From positions 1,790 to 65,789 of the forward strand of contig CAZJCK010000004.1 of the NCBI GenBank assembly GCA_964544635.1: DNA of 64,000 nt, given 5' to 3'. The position numbers were made by a program, and so were the translations under genes. The stretch is from an uncultured Ignavibacteriales bacterium (GTDB taxonomy: Bacteria; Zixibacteria; MSB-5A5; GN15; FEB-12). Numbering within the stretch: the stretch's first letter is position 1; each line of letters begins with the position of its first letter. Of this stretch, positions 47,798 through 55,801 are shown one piece after another. The notes beneath the pieces are model-generated. The model did not search any database and was not told the origin of the DNA. It saw only the letters and a program-made list of their open reading frames with translations.

Positions 47798-47825
47798 AAA
47801 AAAGCCCCCGCCGAATGGCGGGGGC
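47798..47825 (-). terminator. rho-independent terminator of the T9SS-sorted protein gene
   Basis: GCCCCCGCC-gaat-GGCGGGGGC perfect stem. On the minus strand it is followed by TTTTTT. It lies 26 nt after the stop at 47851. Confidence 0.7.
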
Positions 47826-47850
47826 TTCGATTACTCTGTGCGTAAGCTGA

Positions 47851-48759
47851 TTACTTCAGAAGCATCATCTTCCTGGTATCAACATGCTCGCCGGCAGTCA
47901 GCTTATAGAAATAGATACCACTGGCAACACTGCCGCCGGACTGATCGGTACCATCCCACTCTACTTTGTAGGTGTTGGCATCCAGCGGGGCGTCGAGCAG
48001 GGTATTAACCTTCTGTCCGAGCACATTAAACACATCGAGGCGTACCCATTCGCGTGACGGTACGGAGAACTCGATCGTCGTGGTCGGGTTGAAGGGGTTC
48101 GGATAGTTCTGGCTCAGGCTAAAGCTGTTCGGTACAGCGCCGCCGGTCGCGGTCGCACTCGAAACGTCGGCAATCGTAATAGAGCCCCCCGGGCCATACG
48201 GCCAGACCGGCTTGAACCCTTGTGGCGGGTTAACTTTGTTAATGAACGTCCAGACCGAGTTGGCGTTGAACTGGTTGGTGTCGATTACGATGACATCAGA
48301 GGTCGACCAGGTCGGATCGACCGAGAAATGGTACGTCGCAATCAGCCGGCGACCGGAAGCATCGCCGGGAGCGATACCAAATAGGCGCGCTCCGGCGAAA
48401 TAGAAACGTTTGTTGGCATTGGTGGTGGCAAGACTACCGTCTTCAAAATAGCCGACCGCCAGATCAAACCAGTCGTCTTCAATGACGGCCGGGGAGCCGG
48501 CGGAGTCGAGAACGAGGAGTGCCGGATTGGGTGAGTTGTTCCATGTAAATCCACAATTCATGCCCTTCAGGGAGTCATCAAAAAACGCCCACAGCTCCAG
48601 CTTGAATGTGTACTTACTGGAGCCGGCATCCGGCTGATCACCGGGCACCAGCACGAGGTCGACGGTATCGGTAATGCCGAAGTCGGGCTGCGCCAGGGCA
48701 CTGCCGCCGGCAAACAGCATCAGGCCGAGCAGCGCGGCGAGAAATACTTTACCTTTCAT
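47851..48759 (-). CDS. secreted protein with a T9SS type-A C-terminal sorting domain and a cohesin-like beta-sandwich body
   Basis: Inside ORF 47851..48795. ATG 48759 (MKGKVFLAALLGLMLFAGGSALA) has GGAGG upstream. The C-terminal 90 aa ...LSQNYPNPFNPTTTIEF...GIYFYKLTAGEHVDTRKMMLLK are a textbook Por_Secre_tail. The cohesin-like call for the body is by eye only. Confidence 0.85.
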   Translation of the reverse strand: MKGKVFLAALLGLMLFAGGSALAQPDFGITDTVDLVLVPGDQPDAGSSKYTFKLELWAFFDDSLKGMNCGFTWNNSPNPALLVLDSAGSPAVIEDDWFDLAVGYFEDGSLATTNANKRFYFAGARLFGIAPGDASGRRLIATYHFSVDPTWSTSDVIVIDTNQFNANSVWTFINKVNPPQGFKPVWPYGPGGSITIADVSSATATGGAVPNSFSLSQNYPNPFNPTTTIEFSVPSREWVRLDVFNVLGQKVNTLLDAPLDANTYKVEWDGTDQSGGSVASGIYFYKLTAGEHVDTRKMMLLK

Positions 48760-48933
48760 TCTATGTATGCCTCCATAGCAAAAAAAATTGTCCACGTTAT
48801 AACTTCATCTTTCCTCAAACAAATACGATAACAATAGTCGTTAACCGTTCCTCCTTCTCAAAGTTCCCCTAGATACACTAAGTTGGCTATCTCAATAGAC
48901 GTTCTTATCCGTGCGTACGTTTGCCGCCATAAA

Positions 48934-48962
48934 ATAATAGCTGAGGCAAGAATACGAGTCAA
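48934..48962 (-). promoter_or_regulatory. near-consensus sigma-70-type promoter upstream of the T9SS-sorted protein gene
   Basis: The minus strand reads TTGACT (48962-48957), exactly 17 nt, then TATTAT (48939-48934), implying a leader of about 170 nt. The -35 element sits inside the palindrome GAGTCAAT-aagag-ATTGACTC (48956-48976). Confidence 0.45.
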
Positions 48963-48983
48963 TAAGAGATTGACTCAATCTGC

Positions 48984-49031
48984 AAAAAACACGAGAAATG
49001 CGAACGGTTCACTAAACCGTTCGCATTTCTC
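48984..49031 (-). terminator. rho-independent terminator of the S8 protease gene
   Basis: GAGAAATGCGAACGG-ttcactaaa-CCGTTCGCATTTCTC, a perfect 15-bp stem. On the minus strand it is followed by GTGTTTTTTG. It lies 50 nt after the stop at 49081. Confidence 0.7.
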
Positions 49032-49080
49032 AATTCCGTCACAATGGCCCGGTTGCGGCCGTTATTGGTCTTACTTCAGA

Positions 49081-51456
49081 TTATGGACCGAACAGGAAGT
49101 CGGTCAGGCAGGCAAGATCGATCGGATCCACAATCGTATCCATGTTACAGTCACCGCCAACCGGGTCCGGAGTGGGGCCATTGTCGAAAAGGAAGTTGAC
49201 CATAAAGGCCAGATCGATCGGGTCCTTTACACTGCCGTCACAGTTGGCATCGCCGAAGTCACAGGCGTTGACAACAACCTCCCCGGCCTGCGTTATCGGC
49301 CAGTAGTCGCCGTAAATGGTCGAAATAAACGCCTTCTTGGTGCCTAACTGGGTGACGGTATCGATGGGCACCGATCCACCCGCGCTGCTCGCGCCTATCT
49401 TGAAGCGCAGCTTGACGATAGCACCGGTATCCGGCAGCAGGTAGGTCGACTCGCCCGGGCCGCTCGAGGAAAGCAGGAGCGAATACTGCTTGGTAAAGCC
49501 GGAGGCGAGGTTGAAGTCGATATCGAAAAAGTCTTCAGTTCGCAGGCCCTCAACCGAGAAGGCCGAATCGGTGTCAAAACCAACATCGATGCTGTTCGGG
49601 AATTCGAAGACCAACTGAACCGACTTGACCGGCACCGTATTGTTCAGGTAAATCGGCATTTCAACGATGTCACCGAGGCCACCTTCGACAGTCGTGAAGA
49701 CCAGCGTGTCGGCCTGCGCCCAGATGTAGTTGACCAGTCGCTCCTCACCCATCCCGAGCGGGTGACCGTCATCGATAGCAAGGTTCACGGAGTACACACC
49801 CGGTTCGGTATAGACAAACTGCGGATTCTGTACGATCGAGCTGTCGCCGGTGCCGAAATCCCAGATCCACGAGACCGGAGAATTCGGCGACTGATCCGTG
49901 AAATTGACCGTCAACGGCACATTGCCGTCGGTGACGTCGGAAGTGAATTTGGCATTGGAGAGGCTGCTCAGGGCAGTAAAGGCGTTAATCCGCCCGGAAC
50001 CAAGACGCCCGGTGTAGATCGGGTCGTTGATGCCATCAATGTTGTCGGTGGTGGCGATAATGATCGAGTCGACCTGGGCACGGGTCAGCGACGGCATCAT
50101 TGACTTGATCAGCGCGGCGAGGCCGGCTACCATCGGCGAGGCCATTGAGGTACCGCCAAGCGTCGCTGTTGTCGGGCTGTACTGGAACGAGTAGGTGGAG
50201 AGAATGGATGAACCCGGCGCCGAGACATCGACCCAGATGCCGAAGTTAGAGAAGCCGGACCTTATGTCCGACGAGGTGGTGGACGCCACCTGCAACAGGG
50301 CCGGGACCGCCGAGGTGTAACCGTCGGGGCAATCACAATTGTCGTTGCCGGCCGCCTTGACGACCGTGACACCGTTGGCGATCGCATTGTTCATGGCAGC
50401 GATCACCGTTGAACTGCCGCCACCGCCCCAGCTGTTGTTGAGAATGTCCACGCCCATCATGGTGGCATAGTCCATAGCAGTAGCGATATTGTTGCTGTTG
50501 AGTAGACCAAGACCATCGGAGGCCCGGCTGGCGCCGGCTCGCAGGGCCATAATGCGGACTCCGCCGAACGAGCGATGACCACCATACCAGCCACCGGCCG
50601 CGCCGGTAACATCGACCAGGTTATTGTTCATGGCGGCAATGATGCCGCTGACGTGCGTGCCGTGTCCGCCAAAGTCGTTGGGATCGGGATCGGGCGCACT
50701 GCCGTCCTCGCCCGGCACGACCGGCTCGCCAATTCCTGTCATGAAGTCGTAGCCGATCAGGTCGTCGATAACACCGTTGCCGTCGTCATCGATGCCATTG
50801 ATGTCGTCGGTGTCGAGAACATACCCGTCACCGTCGATGTCTTCCCCCGGGTTTACCCAGGTATTGCTATTGAGGTCGGAGTGGGTCCAGTTATAGCCGC
50901 CGTCAATCACGCCGACGACGATCTCCATCGAGCCGGTTTCGATATCCCAGGCATTGTAGAATTCCGGGTCTGGCCCCGGCGGCTCCATTGCCCACTGGTT
51001 AGACCACAGCGGATCGTTGGGCGTCGCCAGTTGCGGAATGGCCCAGACCGGTTCGGCCATGCGCACATTCGGATCCTGCGACAGGGCATCGACGACATCC
51101 TGTACCGGGATGTCTTCAGGGAATTGCAGCTCATAGAAACGCGACAGATCTTTCATCCCTGAATTGACAGCCGGCCGTTCATTGTTGTATGGGAAGACCG
51201 CTCGATAGGCGGCGACATCGAATTGCTGCATGGCAGCATCGAAGCTCGCAACACCAAAGCTGGGCGCCCCCGATGCCGCTTTGCTGACATTGTTCAGACG
51301 GACATTATCCTCAAACTGAACGGTGACCAATCCGGGGATGATAGTCGCCTGGGGCTGCTCGCCATTGGGATTGTAGACAGCCGAGGCTGATGTCGACAGG
51401 ACTGTCAGCAACAGCGCCAGGCAACCGACCGCTACGGTTGTTCGGCAGATAGTCAT
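49081..51456 (-). CDS. secreted S8 (subtilisin-family) serine protease with PKD, cohesin-like and dockerin-like C-terminal modules
   Basis: Inside ORF 49081..51465 (GTG). I prefer ATG 51456 (MTICRTTVAVGCLALLLTVLSTSASA) because GGAG lies 8 nt upstream. The catalytic triad contexts are VGVIDGG, GHGTHVSGIIA and GTSMASPMVAG. The PKD module has ...PLTVNFTDQS...WDFGTGD...YTEPGVYSVNL.... The tail is GDANCDGSVKDPIDLAFMVNFLF...GDCNMDTIVDPIDLACLTDFLFGP. Confidence 0.9.
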   Translation of the reverse strand: MTICRTTVAVGCLALLLTVLSTSASAVYNPNGEQPQATIIPGLVTVQFEDNVRLNNVSKAASGAPSFGVASFDAAMQQFDVAAYRAVFPYNNERPAVNSGMKDLSRFYELQFPEDIPVQDVVDALSQDPNVRMAEPVWAIPQLATPNDPLWSNQWAMEPPGPDPEFYNAWDIETGSMEIVVGVIDGGYNWTHSDLNSNTWVNPGEDIDGDGYVLDTDDINGIDDDGNGVIDDLIGYDFMTGIGEPVVPGEDGSAPDPDPNDFGGHGTHVSGIIAAMNNNLVDVTGAAGGWYGGHRSFGGVRIMALRAGASRASDGLGLLNSNNIATAMDYATMMGVDILNNSWGGGGSSTVIAAMNNAIANGVTVVKAAGNDNCDCPDGYTSAVPALLQVASTTSSDIRSGFSNFGIWVDVSAPGSSILSTYSFQYSPTTATLGGTSMASPMVAGLAALIKSMMPSLTRAQVDSIIIATTDNIDGINDPIYTGRLGSGRINAFTALSSLSNAKFTSDVTDGNVPLTVNFTDQSPNSPVSWIWDFGTGDSSIVQNPQFVYTEPGVYSVNLAIDDGHPLGMGEERLVNYIWAQADTLVFTTVEGGLGDIVEMPIYLNNTVPVKSVQLVFEFPNSIDVGFDTDSAFSVEGLRTEDFFDIDFNLASGFTKQYSLLLSSSGPGESTYLLPDTGAIVKLRFKIGASSAGGSVPIDTVTQLGTKKAFISTIYGDYWPITQAGEVVVNACDFGDANCDGSVKDPIDLAFMVNFLFDNGPTPDPVGGDCNMDTIVDPIDLACLTDFLFGP

Positions 51457-51743
51457 GGATCTCACTCCAACACGATTACTGGTGATTTATTGACAATTCT
51501 CTTCTCTCAGACAGGACGCACCGTGCCAACCGAATGTTTGCAGCAATCGCCACCCTCAGTCTGTATCCCTTGGTTATGCTGTCGGCCGGGTCATGGTTAG
51601 ACCTTATCGTCGTACACCTTCGGTAGATTGCCGGTCAGAGACAGGTACCGCTGCAACACGCGAACCGACGGGCGACCGATTTGCGGCAGATGTACCGATG
51701 GTGGAATACACCTAAATATAAGGGATTAGCCTGATTATCCAAG

Positions 51744-51777
51744 AAAAAACCGCCCGCTCTAATCTAAGAGCGGGCGG
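51744..51777 (-). terminator. rho-independent terminator of the BNR-repeat protein gene
   Basis: CCGCCCGCTCT-aatcta-AGAGCGGGCGG, a perfect 11-bp stem. On the minus strand it is followed by TTTTTT. It lies 54 nt after the stop at 51831. Confidence 0.7.
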
Positions 51778-51830
51778 CTATTCATCTATATCGCTTCACG
51801 ATCAGCAGGCTGACCGCAAATCTCAATAGC

Positions 51831-54800
51831 TTACGGACACGGGACCGGACCGGCGCCACCTGCGAACAGGAAGTCCACAAAGGCAGCAAGGTCAATCGGG
51901 CCGGCGCTTGTGCCGTCGCCGTCAAAGTCGGCTTCTTCCGGACAGACCGGACCAGAACCACCTGCGAACAGGAAGTCCACAAAGGCAGCAAGGTCAATCG
52001 GGCCGGCATCAATACCGTCACCGTCAAAGTCACCGGTCGTACCAATACAGCAGCCAGTGCTGAGGTTGGCCTGGTACCAGGCTTGCGCATCGTCAAAGGA
52101 AGCCTGAACATCAGCGTCCGTACCGTTCTGGATGGTAATGAGGACGGTTCTGAAGCTCAGGGTGTCACCGATGTTGAGCGAGGCGTTCTTCGTGAACACC
52201 ATGGCCGAGTGCAGATCGACGAACAGCGAATCCGGATCGGGCGAGCTAAACGTCTCGAACGCAACGGAAGTCACCATACGATCGTACATCTGACCGGCTT
52301 CGAAGCCGGAGACGTTCAGCACGTAAGTGGCGTTGTCAGCGGTGTAGGCCGACAGACCAGCCTGGTCACCACCGAGGTAACCAAGGGCGCCGTAACGAGC
52401 GTCGTTATCCTGGCACTCAGTCGTGTCGTCCTGGTTGTATTCGCCACCGAACTGCCAGATGATACCGCGGGTATCATCGAAACCGGAACCGTTGTCGACA
52501 GCGGAGTCGGCCGGGATATCCCAGTCGATCGCTTCACCGATCAACAGACCGGAACGGGTGCGAGTGTCGCACAGGGTCAGGCTCAGTTCCTGCAGAATGT
52601 AGTTGCCCACGCTGACGCCGGCGCCGCCACCGGAGGTCGGGGCGTACCAGGTCTTGGTCAGGCAGATACTGGAGTCGTTGGTGAAGAACTCAGCCACGTA
52701 TTTCTCGTAGCTGTCACCAGCGTTACCGGTTTCGTTGGACGGACCGGTGTGGCCGCGCGGACGCAGACCGTTGTCGCTGAGCCAGCCGTCACCGAAGATC
52801 GACCAGTTCATGACAGTATCAGTACCGTCAACCCAACCGACCACCGGGGTACCATCGTACAGGTAAACCGTAGCCAGAGAATCACATTCAGTAACGTCGC
52901 CGGCATAGTCCATGGTCACCGAGTCGGCGCCCTGGTTACCGAAGTTACCGGCCGAGTTCACGACGAGATCAACAACGCCGGTCGAGATGGTGTCGAAGAC
53001 CGGGGCGATGACAGTGTCAGCAACCCAGTATTCGAGTTCCAGCGTATCCGGCGAGCTGGCCGCGTTGTGGACAAATTCGAGGAAACCGGCCAGGTAAACG
53101 ATCGTACCAGGCGAGTTCACGATACCACCAGTGTTAAAGCTGATCGTACCGGTTTCCTGGTTACCAATACCCGACGGAACAGCACCGTCGAAGTTGGCGC
53201 CGGTGGCGAGCCAGCCGGACGGACCGGCGGTTTCCACGGCATTGATCGAATATGTCAGAGGCTCGTTACCGAGGTTTTCAATAAGTACGTCTTTGTCGGC
53301 CTGTACGCCATGCTTGGTCCAGTTCGGGAAACCGATCGAGGTCGGGTTCACGCTGAACTGCGAGGCGCGGACCGGCTCGACACAGGCGAGGCGGAACCAG
53401 GCGACATTGGAGAGCGCCCAGGTACCTTCGGTCTGCACCGAACCACCCGGATCACCGTCCTGAATGTACTGGACATCCAGGTAATCGTCGCCGGCATATG
53501 AACCGTCGACATCGACGTAGCTGGCCTGCGACCAGTTTTCACCGACCTGCTGGGTGTGTCCGAAGCGGGTCATGGACGGCCAGTGGTCAGAGAAGCACGG
53601 GCCACCGGTACCGGTCGCGGAGTCACAACCCGGCGTGCGGGAATTGGTGACGTTACGCGACTCGTCCCAGGTGATACCGTTGTCATCAGACACCGACACG
53701 TACAACTCACCGTTGGCAGCGCCACCGAAGTCACCATCGGCAGCACGGGCGGCACAGTCGTCTTCGACACCACGCGGGATGTCGTTAAACTGGACCCACA
53801 GACAGTAGAGCTTACCATCACATTCGCCCAGCTGCATCTTCGAGAAGTTCAAATTCCAGACACCGCTGTTACACTCGGTTTGATCCCACTGACCGTTGTA
53901 GATCGTACGGATCGAGCCAACGTCGGACGCCCAGTAGAACAGACGGCCGCGGAACAGACCGCAGTCACCGGTCGCGTCGACCGAACAGGTGCCCGGCCAT
54001 TCGCGAGCGCCCCAGGCAATCGACACTTCGTCGTCGCTGCGGATGAGCACGGAGAGATCGATGTAGGCGCGGAAGCCGTCTTCGTCACGCACGTACTGCG
54101 TAATGTTCTGGCGCGGATTGAAGGTTACGCCACCGTCGTCAGAGGTAAACAGATAAACATCGTTATCCTGCTGCGCGATGAGCGCACCGTCGTTGTTCGA
54201 ACAGGTGTCGCAATCGCCAACTTTGGGAATGTTCGCCATGAAAGCGATCGCAACCTTCTGGGTGGTACGGGAGGCCGAGATATCCTGCGACAGCGTAAAG
54301 TTGGTGTCGAGTACACGCGGCGGGTAATCCCAGGTACCGGCATTGTCAACGCCAACCTTACGGAAGTAGTACATGAAGCTCGGATCGCCGGCCTGGCCGT
54401 TGTCAGTCGTCGAGGCCGCAATCACGTGGGTCACCGGCGTAGCGCCGGTTTCCTGGTAGGCGATAGCGGGCCAGATGGTCGACTGGGCAGTCGGCCCTTC
54501 GGCGCCAAAGCCACCCAAGTACTGCTGCACAGAATCCGGAACACGCGAGTTCTTCGTAAAGGTCTGGAAGTGCTCGAGGAAATCCCAGTAAATATGGGTC
54601 GAGTTCCGTGTGCCCGGGTTGTTGTGACCACCGATGACGACGCGGTTGTCAGTGGTGACATCCGCTACGACATAACCGGCGTAGTCGCCACCCGCCTGAA
54701 CGGGGACGTCGCCGGCAAATGAGCCGTCATCAGCTTTGTAAAAGTTATAACGATAGCGACGGTCCGAACCGAAGGCGGCTTCGGAAGGCATCCACATCCA

Positions 54801-55148
54801 CGAGAAGTGGACGGTCGGAATGCCGGAGCCACCGGAGTGGGGGCCGAATCCAACCATGCGGCGCATCGAACCGTTGCGCTGATATTCATACCAAGTGTCA
54901 CCGACGACGGTACCCGGTGAGGCTGACGGCGTGGCCGTACCGAGGGTACGGGTCGCGAGATCGCCTTTCGGGGCCATGGTCGGATTACCCTGTTCACCGC
55001 CGGCCGCAAACGCATACCCAACCGACTTCCAAATCAACGGATTCGGATGGACGCGAGGCACTTCATTTTTGGCGGCAAAGGCTGACATGGCCATAAAGGC
55101 AAATGCCAGCAAGGAGATCAAAACTATGGTCGATAGTCTCCTTGTCAT
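51831..55148 (-). CDS. large secreted BNR/Asp-box repeat protein with a tandem dockerin-like C-terminus
   Basis: Inside ORF 51831..55184. ATG 55148 (MTRRLSTIVLISLLAFAFMAMSAFA) has AGGAG upstream. It carries Asp-box motifs SDDGGVTF and SDDNGITW, and the tail is GDFDGDGIDAGPIDLAAFVDFLFAGG...ADFDGDGTSAGPIDLAAFVDFLFAGG. No closer family recognised. Confidence 0.75.
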   Translation of the reverse strand: MTRRLSTIVLISLLAFAFMAMSAFAAKNEVPRVHPNPLIWKSVGYAFAAGGEQGNPTMAPKGDLATRTLGTATPSASPGTVVGDTWYEYQRNGSMRRMVGFGPHSGGSGIPTVHFSWMWMPSEAAFGSDRRYRYNFYKADDGSFAGDVPVQAGGDYAGYVVADVTTDNRVVIGGHNNPGTRNSTHIYWDFLEHFQTFTKNSRVPDSVQQYLGGFGAEGPTAQSTIWPAIAYQETGATPVTHVIAASTTDNGQAGDPSFMYYFRKVGVDNAGTWDYPPRVLDTNFTLSQDISASRTTQKVAIAFMANIPKVGDCDTCSNNDGALIAQQDNDVYLFTSDDGGVTFNPRQNITQYVRDEDGFRAYIDLSVLIRSDDEVSIAWGAREWPGTCSVDATGDCGLFRGRLFYWASDVGSIRTIYNGQWDQTECNSGVWNLNFSKMQLGECDGKLYCLWVQFNDIPRGVEDDCAARAADGDFGGAANGELYVSVSDDNGITWDESRNVTNSRTPGCDSATGTGGPCFSDHWPSMTRFGHTQQVGENWSQASYVDVDGSYAGDDYLDVQYIQDGDPGGSVQTEGTWALSNVAWFRLACVEPVRASQFSVNPTSIGFPNWTKHGVQADKDVLIENLGNEPLTYSINAVETAGPSGWLATGANFDGAVPSGIGNQETGTISFNTGGIVNSPGTIVYLAGFLEFVHNAASSPDTLELEYWVADTVIAPVFDTISTGVVDLVVNSAGNFGNQGADSVTMDYAGDVTECDSLATVYLYDGTPVVGWVDGTDTVMNWSIFGDGWLSDNGLRPRGHTGPSNETGNAGDSYEKYVAEFFTNDSSICLTKTWYAPTSGGGAGVSVGNYILQELSLTLCDTRTRSGLLIGEAIDWDIPADSAVDNGSGFDDTRGIIWQFGGEYNQDDTTECQDNDARYGALGYLGGDQAGLSAYTADNATYVLNVSGFEAGQMYDRMVTSVAFETFSSPDPDSLFVDLHSAMVFTKNASLNIGDTLSFRTVLITIQNGTDADVQASFDDAQAWYQANLSTGCCIGTTGDFDGDGIDAGPIDLAAFVDFLFAGGSGPVCPEEADFDGDGTSAGPIDLAAFVDFLFAGGAGPVPCP
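51856..52007. repeat. 50-nt perfect direct repeat (51856-51905 and 51958-52007), offset 102 nt, inside the dockerin-like coding region
   Basis: Both copies read CCACCTGCGAACAGGAAGTCCACAAAGGCAGCAAGGTCAATCGGGCCGGC on the plus strand. They encode the identical peptide GPIDLAAFVDFLFAGG in the two dockerin-like segments. Confidence 0.9.
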
Positions 55149-55645
55149 CCATTGCTCCTTTCGAGAATCCTGAATAGTTCCCAACTAGATTTTTCCGTGA
55201 CTTTTCGTCTCACTCCCGAGAGACGCATTCGGAAAGTTAGAGGCTTCGTCCGCCATCCATCACGGATGTGAATGGCTACCTCTTCGGATTCGGTTACTCC
55301 TTCTTCCAGTTCACCTCCCTTCGTTCGTCCATACTCTGCATAGGCAGATTCCTCTTGTGGACAGTGTTCTGTTGTTGTGCTTTAACGTTAGTCAAGAAAA
55401 CAGCTTTGAAGTAAGCCCAACCAATTCCACGTTTAATTCGTTCAGCGTTCCCGGTCAGAGAACTAGACAATGGTAGCACGAGGTATGCAGCGAACGCTCA
55501 CACTTTCGCGCATAAAAGTACGCGGGAAATAAGGGAACGCCTGAAGGCCATCCCCTCCACGCATCAGTATTTTGCACGTAGACCAAGATTCGCTGGTCAG
55601 TACTTGTTGTAGACATTAAAACCCATCACCGGGGTTTTCGCCCTA

Positions 55646-55674
55646 TATATAATTGGCATGCCTGTATTTGTCAA
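55646..55674 (-). promoter_or_regulatory. near-consensus sigma-70-type promoter far upstream of the BNR-repeat protein gene
   Basis: The minus strand reads TTGACA (55674-55669), exactly 17 nt, then TATATA (55651-55646). It lies just downstream of the preceding terminator and implies a leader of about 490 nt. Confidence 0.45.
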
Positions 55675-55740
55675 GCAATTTAACCTTTCCAAGAACCTGC
55701 CGAAAGGTGTTTTTCACCCCGGGCATGCGTCCTGAGCGGC

Positions 55741-55770
55741 AAAAAAAAGAGGCCGCCAAACGGCGGCCTC
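55741..55770 (-). terminator. rho-independent terminator of the giant adhesin gene
   Basis: GAGGCCGCC-aaac-GGCGGCCTC perfect stem. On the minus strand it is followed by T8. It lies 32 nt after the stop at 55802. Confidence 0.7.
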
Positions 55771-55801
55771 GTATCGCATCACAGCCCGAATTACGGCGCA
55801 A

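Noticed and set aside
51508-51529. A perfect TGGCACG (-24-like) element on the minus strand, about 70 nt upstream of the protease start.
   Set aside because: The sequence at the -12 position is GTCC, with no TTGC or GC at the required spacing, so it does not qualify as a sigma-54 promoter. The same verdict applies to the plus-strand TGGCAC at 34787-34802 (wrong -12, no downstream gene) and to the weak GG-N10-GC at 7701-7714.
51631-51641. The 11-mer CCGGTCAGAGA is shared by the protease leader (51631-51641) and the BNR-gene leader (55451-55461).
   Set aside because: The flanks do not align, and the third leader lacks it. A single 11-nt match between regions of about 250 and 490 nt is only marginally unexpected, so it is not enough to call a motif.
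52083-54722. Long plus-strand ORFs (52083..53501, 472 aa; 53556..54722, 388 aa) opposite the BNR-protein gene. Similar cases are 56087..57880 (597 aa), 35357..36907 (516 aa), 22665..24113 (482 aa), 21162..22601 (479 aa), 9112..10293 (393 aa) and 15817..16629.
   Set aside because: These are shadow ORFs typical of high-GC DNA. They are Arg/Gly/Val/His-rich with no motifs or RBS. In every case the opposite strand encodes a protein with clear family signatures.
55294-55479. 61-aa ORF (GTG start) in the long leader upstream of the BNR-protein gene.
   Set aside because: It has no RBS before the GTG, AT-rich codons unlike the rest of the genome, and no homology. Only its last 15 codons, which have their own AAGAGGA-N8-ATG, are reported, as a possible uORF.
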